64,000 nucleotides of DNA. Origin: an uncultured Chloroflexia bacterium. GTDB taxonomy: Bacteria; Chloroflexota; Anaerolineae; JAAYZQ01. The stretch is from positions 1,184,001 to 1,248,000 of the forward strand of contig CAVOXA010000001.1 in assembly GCA_963700285.1 (NCBI GenBank), read 5' to 3'. A program made the position numbers and the translations under genes. This document shows, one piece after another, positions 49,641 through 60,072 of this stretch (position 1 is its first letter; every line of letters starts with the position of its first letter). The notes under the pieces were generated by a model. That model ran no database searches. It saw nothing but the letters and a program-made list of their open reading frames with translations, and had not been told where the DNA came from.

Positions 49641-49832
49641 CGCACTTGGCGCAACGCTCCTGCCAGGTGCGTTGCGCCTCGGGCATCTGGGATCCTCTGC
49701 CGGGACGAGAGGTCCTCTTTGGGATCGCAATCTACTCAAGGGTCAGAACTCCTGATATAGGACCAGGCAAGTGCAGGCGGTCTCTGCGCCTGGGCCGCTG
49801 GCCATGGATGGGCAGGCAGAGAGCCTCGACAG

Positions 49833-49868
49833 GACCTGTAGGCGCTGCGCGCGCAGCGCCTACAGGTC
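49833..49868. repeat. Perfect 36-bp palindrome
   Basis: GACCTGTAGGCGCTGCGC|GCGCAGCGCCTACAGGTC. Confidence 0.9.
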
Positions 49869-50232
49869 TGGGAGGGTTCTATATTGACAACAGCCTGGGC
49901 ATCGGCGGCGTCGTACCTGATGGGTTGGTTCGAGGCCATGCCCGGCCTCTTTCCCGGCACGCACCTGGTGAGCCCCCCAGACGCCCGTCCCGGGACGGTA
50001 CTCATCCAACGGCTGGAGGCAGGTTCCACGTTAGACCAGGTGGCCGAGGAGTGGGGACCCCGGCTGGGCCTGGAGGAAGCGCCGATGACCAGTACGGCAT
50101 GGACGACAGTCTACGCCTCGCGGCCAGACGCTGGACTCTCGGCCAAACCTGTGCTATAGTCTATGAGAACCCAACCGGTACTCTGGCCAGTCTGCATCCC
50201 AACGACGCCTGCGGTGGAGAAAGGTGGTCAAG

Positions 50233-50682
50233 ATGAAGCACATGGTTGCCCTGTGGGGCGGCAAGCGATGGTGGACGACGATCATCTTTCTATTCATCGG
50301 CGCGGTGGCCCTGATCGCGGCCTTTCTGGTGGGCGTGGCCGACAACCTTCCAGGGCTGGTGCTGGTCTACGTGGCCGTCACCGCTTTCATGCTGGCCCTG
50401 GTGCATACTTGGCGTAGCGTCAAGAGGTTTCTCATACTCCTCGGGGCTGCGCTGCTGGGCTTCCCGCTCGCCGTCGTACTGCACAATTTGTTCTATGCTC
50501 TGGCCGAGCTGGCTTCTGATTTCGCGGGGCTGGTGCAGGTCTTGGGCTTGCTGGAAGTGTTGTTCTTCCTGGTGGCGGTGGTCATCAGCCCGCCGGGCGC
50601 CCTAGTCGGGGCGGCGGGCGCCGCGGTCATGGCCATCCTCCGCGCCAGGCACAAACGGGGCCCGGATGGGATGTCCTTGTAG
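50233..50682 (+). CDS. Small membrane protein (about 4 TM)
   Basis: Hydrophobic ORF with VGVADNLPG and VVLHNLFY segments. Confidence 0.7.
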   Translation: MKHMVALWGGKRWWTTIIFLFIGAVALIAAFLVGVADNLPGLVLVYVAVTAFMLALVHTWRSVKRFLILLGAALLGFPLAVVLHNLFYALAELASDFAGLVQVLGLLEVLFFLVAVVISPPGALVGAAGAAVMAILRARHKRGPDGMSL

Positions 50683-50799
50683 CGAGGCGTTCCAGGCTCC
50701 CGAAGTTGCGAACCCTCCGACTGCGCTCAGGGTAGGCCTTTGGTGCATCCGAGACTTCGGAGGTGTATGACTATCCCTATGACAGAGAGGGAGAAGCCC

Positions 50800-51468
50800 A
50801 TGACAGCAGAGATCAAAGAATCCCTCAAAAAAACGGTAGTCGAGGCCGGGCAGACGATGGTCCGCGAGCGCCTGACGCTGGGCACTTGGGGCAATGTCAG
50901 CCTGCGCGACCCGGAGACCGGCCTTATCTATATCACCCCCAGCGGCATCCCCTACATGGAGATCTTGGTATCGGACATTGTGGTGATGAATAGCGACGAA
51001 GAGGTTGTCGACGGCCACCGCATTCCCTCCATCGAACGGGGCATGCACATCGCCGTCTACAATGTCCGCGAAGACGTGAACGCGGTCGTGCACTCACATC
51101 CCCTCTATTCGAGCGTGCTAGGCGTCAACCACATGGAGTTGCCGGGCATGAGCGAGGACTTTGTCCAGATCGTGGCCGACAAGATCATCTGCTCCGAATA
51201 CGCCCTGCCCGGCACGCCCGAGCTGGCCCGCAACGTGGTGGCAGCCCTGGGCGAGCGGAACGCGGTGCTGCTGCCCAACCACGGGACGCTGTGCGCCGGC
51301 GAGGACATGACGCGTACCCTGCTGATCAGTCAAGCCGTGGAAAAGACGGCCCAGATCTATATCATGGCCAAGAGCATCGGTACCCCGCACCTGATCTCCC
51401 AGGAGCACATTGAGGCCATGCAGTACTATGCCCGGCATCTCTATGGGCAGAGGCCAGAAGCCTTGTAG
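50800..51468 (+). CDS. Class II aldolase/adducin family (L-fuculose-phosphate aldolase-like)
   Basis: GTWGNVSLR, ITPSG, PSIERGMH, AVVHSHP and LLPNHG motifs; start uncertain (50767, 50779 or 50800). Confidence 0.9.
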   Translation: MTAEIKESLKKTVVEAGQTMVRERLTLGTWGNVSLRDPETGLIYITPSGIPYMEILVSDIVVMNSDEEVVDGHRIPSIERGMHIAVYNVREDVNAVVHSHPLYSSVLGVNHMELPGMSEDFVQIVADKIICSEYALPGTPELARNVVAALGERNAVLLPNHGTLCAGEDMTRTLLISQAVEKTAQIYIMAKSIGTPHLISQEHIEAMQYYARHLYGQRPEAL

Positions 51469-51649
51469 GTATGATCAGGACTGATGCCGGGTGGGGCTAG
51501 AGCCATCGCACAACTGAGGTACGCCCCATCCATGGGTCTGCTTTCGGCAGCAACTAGATCGGATATCCCTGCTTCTGTAGCGTGTTTTTCCTAGGGACCA
51601 GGGGCACCTGGCTCCTTGTAGTATGATCCCTGCTGTGGCAAACCCTTCC

Positions 51650-51678
51650 TTGCCAAATGCCGGATCCCAGAGTACAAT
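51650..51678 (+). promoter_or_regulatory. Promoter of the acyl-CoA ligase
   Basis: TTGCCA-N17-TACAAT; also retained in the inverted copy at about 55785-55813. Confidence 0.6.
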
Positions 51679-51719
51679 GGTGCGGTCAATCGCCTAGTTG
51701 TTGTTTCGGAGGTCTCGTC

Positions 51720-53303
51720 ATGATCGTACCACGTTTGTTGCGGTGGCTCAATCCCCAGCGGATGTTGGCTCTGGGGCGCTGGCTTGGGCCTAATTCGGAA
51801 TGGCTCATCACCCCCGAAGAGCGCCTGACCCGCCGCCAGGTCTTTGAGCGGGTTGACAGGCTGGCGGCCGGACTGCAGTCGCTGGGTGTACAACAAGGGG
51901 ACCGGGTGGTCGCCCTCTTGCCGGCCTGTCCCGAATCGGTCTATAGTGTTTTTCTACCCTGGTTGCTGGGTACGGTCGAAGTGCAACTCAACCCCCTGCT
52001 GCGGGAGCACGAACTGCGCCACATCCTGACCCACTGTCAGGCGAACGTGGTGTTGACCACCCAGAGCTGGCTGGGCCAGGACTATCCGGCCCTCCTGGAG
52101 CGCCTGCTGCCCGACCTGCCTGACCTGCGCGCCGTCGTAGTTCGGGATGCAAAGGGAGAAGACGGCCAGATGTTCTTCTCCCAGGAGGCGGTCATGGCCC
52201 GAGGCGAGGAGCTACGCAAGGTGTCCCTCTCGGCTGCTGACATGAAGCGCATCACCTATACCTCGGGTACGACCGGCATGCCCAAAGGGGTGGTCCACAC
52301 CTGGGACCAGATATGGGGCCTGGTACGCCCGGCCATCGCGCCGCGCCTGAACCCCAGGTTGCTGCGCAGTGTGCTGGTGCCCTTTCCCATGGCCTACTAC
52401 TCGGGGCTAGTGGGGGCCATCATTACACTCATATCCGGCGGCAAGCTGCTACTGATGGACCGCTTCCGTGCGCGGCTGGCCTGGGAGCTGATCGAGCAGG
52501 AGAAGGTGACCCAGGTGGGCTGTTCGCCGACGATGTACCGCCTGATGCTGCGCCAGCGCGACCAGGAGCGCTATGACGTGTCGTCGGTGCGCGTGGTTAG
52601 CTTTGGCTCCGAGCCTATGCCCCCCGACGTGGCCCGGGCGCTCTACGAGCGTTTCCAGTGTCCCATCGAGCAGCACTATGGCATGAATGAGACAGGTCAC
52701 ATCTCCTGGAGCGCCCTGGACGACCCGCCCGAGATTGTGGCCACAACGGTCGGCAAGCCCGTGCCCGGCGCCCGTGTGCGCATCGTGGACGACGATCGGC
52801 AACCGCTGCCCCAGGGTGAGCGGGGCGAAGTCGCCGTCAGGACCTCGCAGATGATGTTGGGCTACTATCGTGCCCCGGAACTGACGGCCCAGGTCTTTGA
52901 CGACGAAGGCTGGTTCTATACCGGGGACGTCGGCTACCAGGGTGACGATGGCTATCTGCGCCTGGTCGATCGCAAGAATGACGTGATCATCCGCGGCGGT
53001 CAGAATATCTATCCGGCCGAGGTCGAGGCCTATCTGGACCTGCATCCGGAGATCTATCGCGCTGGCGTGGTCGGCGTGGCCAGCGACCTGGGGGGGCAGG
53101 CCGTGTGGGCCTACGTGCAACTGGAGCCGGGGGCAACGTTGAGCGCCAGAGAGGTACGCAGCTACTGCCGGGGCAAGATCGCGGCCTTCAAGGTACCCAA
53201 CCAGGTGCGCTTTGTGGAGCGCATGCCCCTATCTGTCACCGACAAGGTACAGCGCTACAAGCTTCGAGAGCTGGCTGCCCAGGAGCTTTCCGAAGAACCA
53301 TAA
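51720..53303 (+). CDS. AMP-dependent acyl-CoA synthetase (class I adenylate-forming)
   Basis: YTSGTTGMPKGV, HYGMNET, WFYTGDVG, DRKNDVIIRGGQNIYP.EVE and FKVP motifs; GGAGG RBS. Confidence 0.92.
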   Translation: MIVPRLLRWLNPQRMLALGRWLGPNSEWLITPEERLTRRQVFERVDRLAAGLQSLGVQQGDRVVALLPACPESVYSVFLPWLLGTVEVQLNPLLREHELRHILTHCQANVVLTTQSWLGQDYPALLERLLPDLPDLRAVVVRDAKGEDGQMFFSQEAVMARGEELRKVSLSAADMKRITYTSGTTGMPKGVVHTWDQIWGLVRPAIAPRLNPRLLRSVLVPFPMAYYSGLVGAIITLISGGKLLLMDRFRARLAWELIEQEKVTQVGCSPTMYRLMLRQRDQERYDVSSVRVVSFGSEPMPPDVARALYERFQCPIEQHYGMNETGHISWSALDDPPEIVATTVGKPVPGARVRIVDDDRQPLPQGERGEVAVRTSQMMLGYYRAPELTAQVFDDEGWFYTGDVGYQGDDGYLRLVDRKNDVIIRGGQNIYPAEVEAYLDLHPEIYRAGVVGVASDLGGQAVWAYVQLEPGATLSAREVRSYCRGKIAAFKVPNQVRFVERMPLSVTDKVQRYKLRELAAQELSEEP

Positions 53304-53446
53304 TAGTCCCTACAGTCCAACCAAAAATCAGTCACCTGGCCGACCGCCACCTGGACCAAGCAGCGCGCCAGGCCGATGTACGGTGCTCGGCGGAGCTGCC
53401 CAACTCGGAGGAATCAGTGGCGTCGATGTCCTGGGAGGGCCGGCTC

Positions 53447-53730
53447 ATGGGCCGCATATCCCAGTTTCTAGTGACGCTGGGTGGGCAGCTTGTGTACGAT
53501 GGGCTGCAACGGTTGACCCTCCTTTGGAGCCTGCTGGTCTTCACGGGGATCGCCTTTCTGTCCGCCAAGATCACCAACCTGCCCGTGCCCTAGTGGCCTT
53601 CGCCGGCTTTCAGAATGTGATGATCATCTATCCCGAGCAGGGCTTTGGCGTGGTGGTCTGCACCAACAACGACCTGCTCAGCCCCGAGGTGGCGGTCGAG
53701 ATCGCGCACCGGGCGCTGGGGGCAAGATCG
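53447..53730 (+). pseudogene. Serine hydrolase (beta-lactamase family) remnant
   Basis: Short TM-bearing start MGRISQFL...NLPVP*, followed by AGFQNVMIIYPEQGFGVVVCTNN...EIAHRALG, a beta-lactamase-like C-terminal motif. Confidence 0.5.
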
Positions 53731-53823
53731 AGCCCATCATGCGCCAGGCAACTGGCTTGGCCTACAACTATCATCCGGGATAGTAGCGCCCCGTCACTGT
53801 CGGCGCTGCCTACAGAGATCGCA

Positions 53824-55061
53824 TCACTCGCTGAACTGGCCGGTTGGCTGGGGTGGCTTCCACAGCAGCATCAGCACGGCGGCGCCCAGAGCCATGACGG
53901 CCCCAAAGTAGAAGGGAGCCGAAGGGCTGACGGTCTGCCACAGCAGGCCGGCGATGAGCGACGCCGGAAAGTCCAGCAGGCCCAGCGTGGCGTTGTAGGT
54001 GCCATAGGCTGTGCCGCGCAGCTCGGCCGGCACCAGGTCGGCCACCAGGGCCTTGGTCGTGCCGTAGGCCAGGCCATAGTACACGCCGTAGAGGGCATAC
54101 AGCACCCAGACCTGCCAGCCCTCGCCCGGCCAGGGCAAAGCCCAGGTAGATGGCCGCGTAGGCCAGCCAGCCGCCGACGATCACCTTGCGCCGGCCGACC
54201 CGGTCCGACAGCGAGCCGGCGGGCGTCGAGACCAGGGCATAGACCAGGTTGAAGGTGACCAGCATGCCCAGGATGCCCGACCACGCTCAGTCCGCGCTCC
54301 TGGGCGCGCAGCACCAGAAAGGCGTCCGACGAGTTGCCCAGGTCGAACAGGCCGACGATGACCAGGAAGACCAGGAATGGCTTACCCAACCCTCTGAAGC
54401 GTGATGGCCGGCCGCTCGCGCTGGCGATGTCACCGGCACGTCCCTGGCGCCCAGGGCCAGCGAGAGCACCGCCAGCACGGCCGGCACCAGGCTGACCAGC
54501 ACGACGATCTGGAAGGTGTGCTGCCCAAGCTCTACCGAAGCCGCCTGCGCCGCCCAGACCACGCCCAGGGCGATGAGCAGGCCCACCACGGCGCCGCCGG
54601 TGTCGGCCGCGCGGTGGAAGCCAAAGGCCAGCCCCCGCTGGCTCTCGTCGATGCTGTCGGCCACCAGCGCGTCGCGGGGCGCGGTGCGGATGCCCTTGCC
54701 CACCCGGTCGGCCCAGCGCACAGCGGCCACCGCCGTGCCAGGTGTTGGCAAAGTAGAAGAAGGGCTTGGACAGGGCCGAGATGCCGTAGCCGACCACGGC
54801 CAGCCACTTGCGCGCCCCCAGCCGGTCCGAGAGCCAGCCGGAAAAGACCTTGAGCAGGCTGGCCGTCGCCTCGGCAATGCCCTCGATGAGGCCGATGACG
54901 CCCGCTCCCACACCCAGCACGTTGGACAGGAAGAGGGGCAGGAGGTTGATGACCATCTCGCTGGAGATGTCCATGAAAAAACTGGTCAGGCTCACCGCCC
55001 ACACGTTGCGGGGCAGCGAGCGCCAGCCGGTCTTGGGCTTGGAAGCGGTTGATCGGCTCAT
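53824..55061 (-). CDS. MFS transporter with several frameshifts (pseudogene or assembly error)
   Basis: LPRNVWAVSLTSFFMDISSEM, GWLSDRLG.RK, DRVGKGIRTAPRDAL, LGNSSDAFL, GSLSDRVGRRK and RGTAYG motifs spread over several frames. Confidence 0.85.
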
Positions 55062-55079
55062 ACCGGCACGTCCTTTCCG

Positions 55080-55815
55080 TTAGTTCTCCTGTTGGTTCTC
55101 TTGGGCAAGTTCCTCGGCCGCCAGTTCGCGGACCTTGTAGCGTTGCACCTTGTCGGTGGCCGATAGGGGCATCCGCTCCACAAAGCGCACCTCGCTCGGC
55201 ACCTTAAAGCCCGCGATCTTGCCCCGGCAGGAGGCGCGCACCTCCGCGGCGCTGAGTGTCGCCCCGGGCCACAACCTCGCCCAGGGAGAAGAAGAGGCGA
55301 CCGTCTCCGCCCTGGGCGTCCTTCACGACGACGGAGCGCAGATCGGGCAGGTCCGGCAGAAGGTGCTCCAGGGGGGCAGGATAGTCCTGTCCGAGCCAGG
55401 TCTGGGTGGTCAAAATCACGTTGGCCTTGCAGTGGTTCAGGATGTGGCGCGGCCCGTGCTCTCGCAGCAGGGGATTCAGTTAGACCTCGACGGTGTCCAG
55501 CAGCCAGGGCAGGAACACGCTATAGACCGATTCAGGCCAGGCCGGCGACGGGGTCACCACCCGGTCCCCCTGTTGAACGCCCAAGTCCTGCAGGCCGCCA
55601 GCCGATCCACCCGTTCGAAGACCGGGCAGCGCGTCAGGCGCTTCTCGGGCGCGATCAGCCATTAGGCGTTTGGCCCCAGGCGGCGTCCAATGGTCAACGT
55701 TCGCTGGGGGTTGAGCCAATGCAATAGACGAGGGATGATTATATTGAGCCTCCGCACAAACCAGCACCGGGATTGACGGTCCCCATTGTACTTCGGGATA
55801 CTAGATTTGGCAAGA
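55080..55815 (-). pseudogene. Inverted, internally deleted paralog of the acyl-CoA ligase at 51720
   Basis: Matches the promoter and 5' ~490 bp (IIPRLLHWLNPQR, QQGDRVV...PESVYSVFLPWL, TTQTWLGQDYPA) joined directly to the 3' end (PGATLSAAEVRASCRGKIAGFKVP...DKVQRYK). Confidence 0.88.
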
Positions 55816-56040
55816 AGTCGGGTCTCTGATCGCGGGCATGCCTGCGTTCGGGGATTCAGCCTGGAACGACCGATGAAACTGGACGGCGCAGATGTCCCCA
55901 GCCTGTGACGGTTACAAGTCAGTCTATTGCCCCCAGCCCAATCTGTGGTATAATCTACATATGTTTCAGCCATGTCCCCATATAATGGATAATGGGACCG
56001 AGACAAACGCCGGAGCACTGCCCGCAGGGAGGGAACCGTT

Positions 56041-57258
56041 GTGACTGACCCCAAGTTCGACATAGCCATCGTCGGCGCAGGAATCGTTGGCCTCGCTACG
56101 GCCATGGAGCTGGTACAGCGCCGCCCCGACCTCAAGTTGGTCGTCCTGGAGAAAGAGGCGGAGGTTGCCGCCCATCAAACCGGAAACAACAGTGGCGTCA
56201 TCCACGCCGGCCTGTACTACAAGCCGGGCAGCCTCAAAGCCCAGATGGTCGTAGAAGGCGCGCGTCTCATGGTTGAATTCTGCCAGAAACACGAGTTGCC
56301 CTACGAACTGTGCGGCAAAGTCGTGGTCGCCATGGGCCAAGAAGAACTCCCCCGCCTCCAAGATCTCCATCGCCGGGGCACAGCCAACGGCGTGTCCGGC
56401 CTGACAGAGATCAGCAGCGACGAGATAAAAGAGCACGAGCCCCATACCGTTGGCGTTGCTGGCCTGTGGTCACCCAATACCGGCATTGTCGACTACAAGG
56501 CCGTCACGCGCACCTATGCCCAGATCGTCGAGGCCGGTGGTGGCCAGGTTCGGCTGGACACAAAAGTGATCGGCATCGACCAGAGGCCCGATGAGTTGGT
56601 CGTAGAGACGACTCAGGGCGATGTGCACACGCGCGCCCTCATCAACTGCGGCGGCCTGCAGAGTGACCTGGTCGCCAGGATGATGGGCAGTACCGGCGGC
56701 CTGCGCATCGTGCCCTTCCGCGGCGAGTACTATGTGCTGGCGCCCGAGAGTCAAAAGCTGGTTCGCGGCCTCATCTACCCCGTGCCTGACCCTAGATTTC
56801 CCTTCCTGGGTGTGCATTTCACCAAAAAGATAGACGGCTCGGTCGAAGCCGGCCCCAATGCCGTTCTGGCCTTTTCACGCGAGGGCTACGGGAAGACCGA
56901 CTTTAGCCTGGGATACGTGTTGGGGTTGCTGACCTTCTCCGGCTTCTGGGTCATGGGCGCCAAGTACTGGCGCATGGGTTTTGGCGAGATGTATCGCTCC
57001 TGGAACAAGCGCGCTTTCGTCGCTGCGCTGCAGGCCTTGCTCCCCGAACTGGGCATGGACGACGTTGTGCCCGGTGGGGCGGGCGTCCGCGCCCAGGCCA
57101 TGGATGCCAAGGGCAACCTCATGGACGATTTCAGCTTCATCGAAGGGCCCAACGCCATCCACGTGCTCAATGCCCCGTCACCCGCGGCCACCGCTTCCAT
57201 CGTCATCGGCCGGGCCATCGTGGACAAGGCCCTTGCCAATTTCGAGTTCTCTTCCTGA
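56041..57258 (+). CDS. lhgO: L-2-hydroxyglutarate oxidase
   Basis: GAGIVGLA, HQTGNNSGVIHAGLYYKPGSLKA, PFRGEYY, YPVPDPRFPFLGVHFT, GVRAQA and NAPSPAATAS motifs. Confidence 0.93.
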   Translation: MTDPKFDIAIVGAGIVGLATAMELVQRRPDLKLVVLEKEAEVAAHQTGNNSGVIHAGLYYKPGSLKAQMVVEGARLMVEFCQKHELPYELCGKVVVAMGQEELPRLQDLHRRGTANGVSGLTEISSDEIKEHEPHTVGVAGLWSPNTGIVDYKAVTRTYAQIVEAGGGQVRLDTKVIGIDQRPDELVVETTQGDVHTRALINCGGLQSDLVARMMGSTGGLRIVPFRGEYYVLAPESQKLVRGLIYPVPDPRFPFLGVHFTKKIDGSVEAGPNAVLAFSREGYGKTDFSLGYVLGLLTFSGFWVMGAKYWRMGFGEMYRSWNKRAFVAALQALLPELGMDDVVPGGAGVRAQAMDAKGNLMDDFSFIEGPNAIHVLNAPSPAATASIVIGRAIVDKALANFEFSS

Positions 57259-57351
57259 AACAGGCGCGTGACAGACCGGAGGCCACCCGTAGCGCCTCCG
57301 ACGCAACACGCACCACGAAACACGCAACAATTCCGACACCAAGGAGTCACC

Positions 57352-58605
57352 ATGGAAACACCAACCGTAGAGATCAAACGAGGTCTTGAGGGTGTCATCT
57401 TTACCGAGACCTATCTCAGTGCCATCGACGGCGAGGCGGGGATCCTGTCCTACTGCGGCTACGACATTGCCCATCTAGCTGCTCACGCCTCGTATGAGGA
57501 GGCTGCCTTCCTGCTTTGGTATCAGCGCCTGCCTGCCGAGCCCGAGCTGGTCATGCTTTCGAACTGGCTGCGCGCCAACCGCCGGCTGCCCAAGGTCGTC
57601 TGGGGCATCATGCACTCGCTGCCTGAGCAAGCCACGCCCATGGAGGCTCTGCGCACCATCGCCTCCACCCTGTCGATGTTTGACCATTCCTGCATCCATG
57701 AAGAGGAAGGCGGCTCATCGCTGTGCCGGTCTGTGAGCATTACCGCCAAGCTGCCTACCATTGTTGCCTCTTTTGACCGCCTTCGGCGCGACCTCCCGCC
57801 CATCGAACCCCGCCCTGACCTGGGGCACGCTGCCAATTTTCTCTACATGATGACCGGCCAAGAGCCGGATGAGGTGAGCGCCGACGCACTGGACAGGTAC
57901 TTTGTCCTCCTGGCCGACCACGGCATGAACGCTTCCACCTTTTCGGCCCGTGTGACGGCCAGTACCCTGGCCGACGTCTATTCCTCTGTCGTTGCCGGGC
58001 TGGGCACCCTCAAGGGCCCACTGCACGGCGGCGCCAGTCAAAAATCCATGGAGCAGTTGTTAGAGATCGGCAGTCTGGAGGATGTCGATGCCTGGTTCGA
58101 CCAGCAGATGGCCGCCAAACAGCGCATGTTTGGTTTTGGACACCGGGTTTACAAGGCCGAGGACCCCCGGGCCACCATCTTGCGTGAGCTTTCCCGCCAG
58201 GTGGCGGGGCGCAGCGGCAATACGCTTTGGTATGACATGTCTGCCCGTCTGGAAGAACGCGTGCTCAATCATCCCTACTTCCAGGAGCGCCGGATCTATG
58301 CCAACGTGGACTTTTACACCGCGCCCTTGCTCTACGCCCTGGACATTCCCATCGATCTTTTTATTCCCATGTTCGCCATCTCCCGCGTCGCTGGCTGGAC
58401 GGCCCATGTCCTGGAGCAACAGCAGCACAACCGGCTCATCCGGCCGCGGGCCCTCTATGCCGGTCCCAGGAACCTGGATTGGCCCCGCATGGCCGGACGC
58501 GAGCCGCGCGTCGAAGCCCAGCCGGAAATCCAGTGCGTAGCCGGCCGGCCGGCCAACTGCCCGGCCGCGCTCGACGTGCCGCCGCGGTTCTGGCCCGTAA
58601 CCTAG
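57352..58605 (+). CDS. gltA: Citrate synthase / 2-methylcitrate synthase family
   Basis: GLEGV, ADHGMNAST, LKGPLHGGA, FGFGHRVYK..DPR, ANVDFY, SRVAGWTAH and LIRPRA motifs; AAGGAG RBS. Confidence 0.9.
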   Translation: METPTVEIKRGLEGVIFTETYLSAIDGEAGILSYCGYDIAHLAAHASYEEAAFLLWYQRLPAEPELVMLSNWLRANRRLPKVVWGIMHSLPEQATPMEALRTIASTLSMFDHSCIHEEEGGSSLCRSVSITAKLPTIVASFDRLRRDLPPIEPRPDLGHAANFLYMMTGQEPDEVSADALDRYFVLLADHGMNASTFSARVTASTLADVYSSVVAGLGTLKGPLHGGASQKSMEQLLEIGSLEDVDAWFDQQMAAKQRMFGFGHRVYKAEDPRATILRELSRQVAGRSGNTLWYDMSARLEERVLNHPYFQERRIYANVDFYTAPLLYALDIPIDLFIPMFAISRVAGWTAHVLEQQQHNRLIRPRALYAGPRNLDWPRMAGREPRVEAQPEIQCVAGRPANCPAALDVPPRFWPVT

Positions 58606-58650
58606 TGGGTCGACACATGGCCGATTCTGGCTTTTCCTTGCTCTCACCTT

Positions 58651-58677
58651 GCTCGCAACCGGTCCGTGACCGGTTGC
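58651..58677. repeat. Hairpin repeat, copy 1 (after citrate synthase)
   Basis: GCTCGCAACCGGTCCGTGACCGGTTGC. Confidence 0.8.
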
Positions 58678-58857
58678 ACAGGGCTCAAACTGCCGGAGTA
58701 TTCCTGCTCGTGAATCAGGCAGGGGTAGGGAGAAGCAGAGGTCTGTTGTGTGAAAAGTCACTTGGTAAGGCCACAGATTGACGTTTCACATACACCCAGC
58801 GGCTTTGCGCAGCCGCCAGCGGCTCTCCATAGCAGCCGCCAACCCAGGAGAATGACC

Positions 58858-59886
58858 ATGACCTATCGTGTTACCCTGATCCCCGGCGACGGCACCGGGC
58901 CCGAACTGGTCACCGCGACCCGCCGCGTGCTGGAAGCGACCGGCGTCGCGTTCGACTGGGACGTGCAGGAGGCCGGCGCCGACGTGATGGACAAGTATGG
59001 CACGCCGCTGCCCGACGGTGTGCTCGATTCGATCCGGGCCAACAAGGTGGCCCTCAAAGGCCCCATCACCACGCCCATCGGCACCGGCTTTCGCAGCGTC
59101 AACGTCGCCATCCGCAAGGCGCTGGACCTGTACGCCAACGTGCGCCCGGCCCGGGCCATGCCGGGCTGTCCCGTCTGCCACGAGGACGTGGACCTGGTCG
59201 TCGTCCGCGAGAACACCGAGGGGCTGTACGCCGGCATCGAGCACGACGTCATCCCCGACGAGGCCGCCGAGTCGATCCGCATCATCACCCGCCGCGCCAG
59301 CGAGCGCATCGTGCGCTTTGCCTTCGAGTATGCCCGGGCCAACGGCCGCCGCCTGGTGACGGCCGTGCACAAGGCCAACATCCTCAAGGCCACCGACGGC
59401 CTGTATCTGCGCGTGGCCCGTGAGGTGGCGGCCGGCTACCCCGACATCGAGTTCAACGACCGCATCGTGGACAACATGTGCATGCAGCTGGTCCAGCGGC
59501 CCCACGAGTACGACGTGCTGGTCTGCCCCAACCTCTTTGGCGACATCGTCAGCGACCTCTGCTCGGGGCTGGTCGGCGGGCTGGGCGTGGCGCCGGGCGC
59601 CAACATCGGCGACGGAATCTGGCCGTCTTTGAGCCGGTGCACGGCTCGGCGCCCAAGTACACGGGCAGAACAAGGTCAACCCCACGGCCACCATCCTCAG
59701 CGGGGCGCTGATGCTGCGCCACCTGGGCGAGACTGGAGGCCGCCGAGCGCGTGGAAGCGGCCGTGGCCCAGGTCATCGCCGAGGGGCGCAGCGTGACCTA
59801 CGACCTGAAACCCACCCGCGACGATCCCACGCGCCGTGGGCACCCAGGAGATGGCCGACGCCATCATCGCCGCGATGAACCCGTAG
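58858..59886 (+). CDS. icd: NAD-dependent isocitrate/isopropylmalate dehydrogenase family, frameshifts in the 3' third
   Basis: [45 protein letters not shown] and PNLFGDI.SD; [12 protein letters not shown] and VTYDL occur in shifted frames. Confidence 0.88.
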
Positions 59887-59944
59887 GTTCAATCGCCGCG
59901 CCGAGCTGCCGCCTTTTCACAGTGCTCGTACCTGCCTTCTCTCT

Positions 59945-59971
59945 GCTCGCAACCAGTCCGTGACCGGTTGC
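59945..59971. repeat. Hairpin repeat, copy 2 (after icd)
   Basis: GCTCGCAACCAGTCCGTGACCGGTTGC, 26 of 27 identical to the copy at 58651. Confidence 0.8.
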
Positions 59972-60072
59972 CTGCGGCCAGAAACAAGCAGAAAGGCCGA
60001 GGTACAGACCTGGCTTGAGCAGACAACAACCAATCGCTGTCAGCTTTTGGATACCTTTGGTGGAGAGTCTCA

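Noticed and set aside
53212-54252. 346-aa + strand ORF
   Set aside because: A chance fusion of a short serine hydrolase fragment with antisense MFS sequence.
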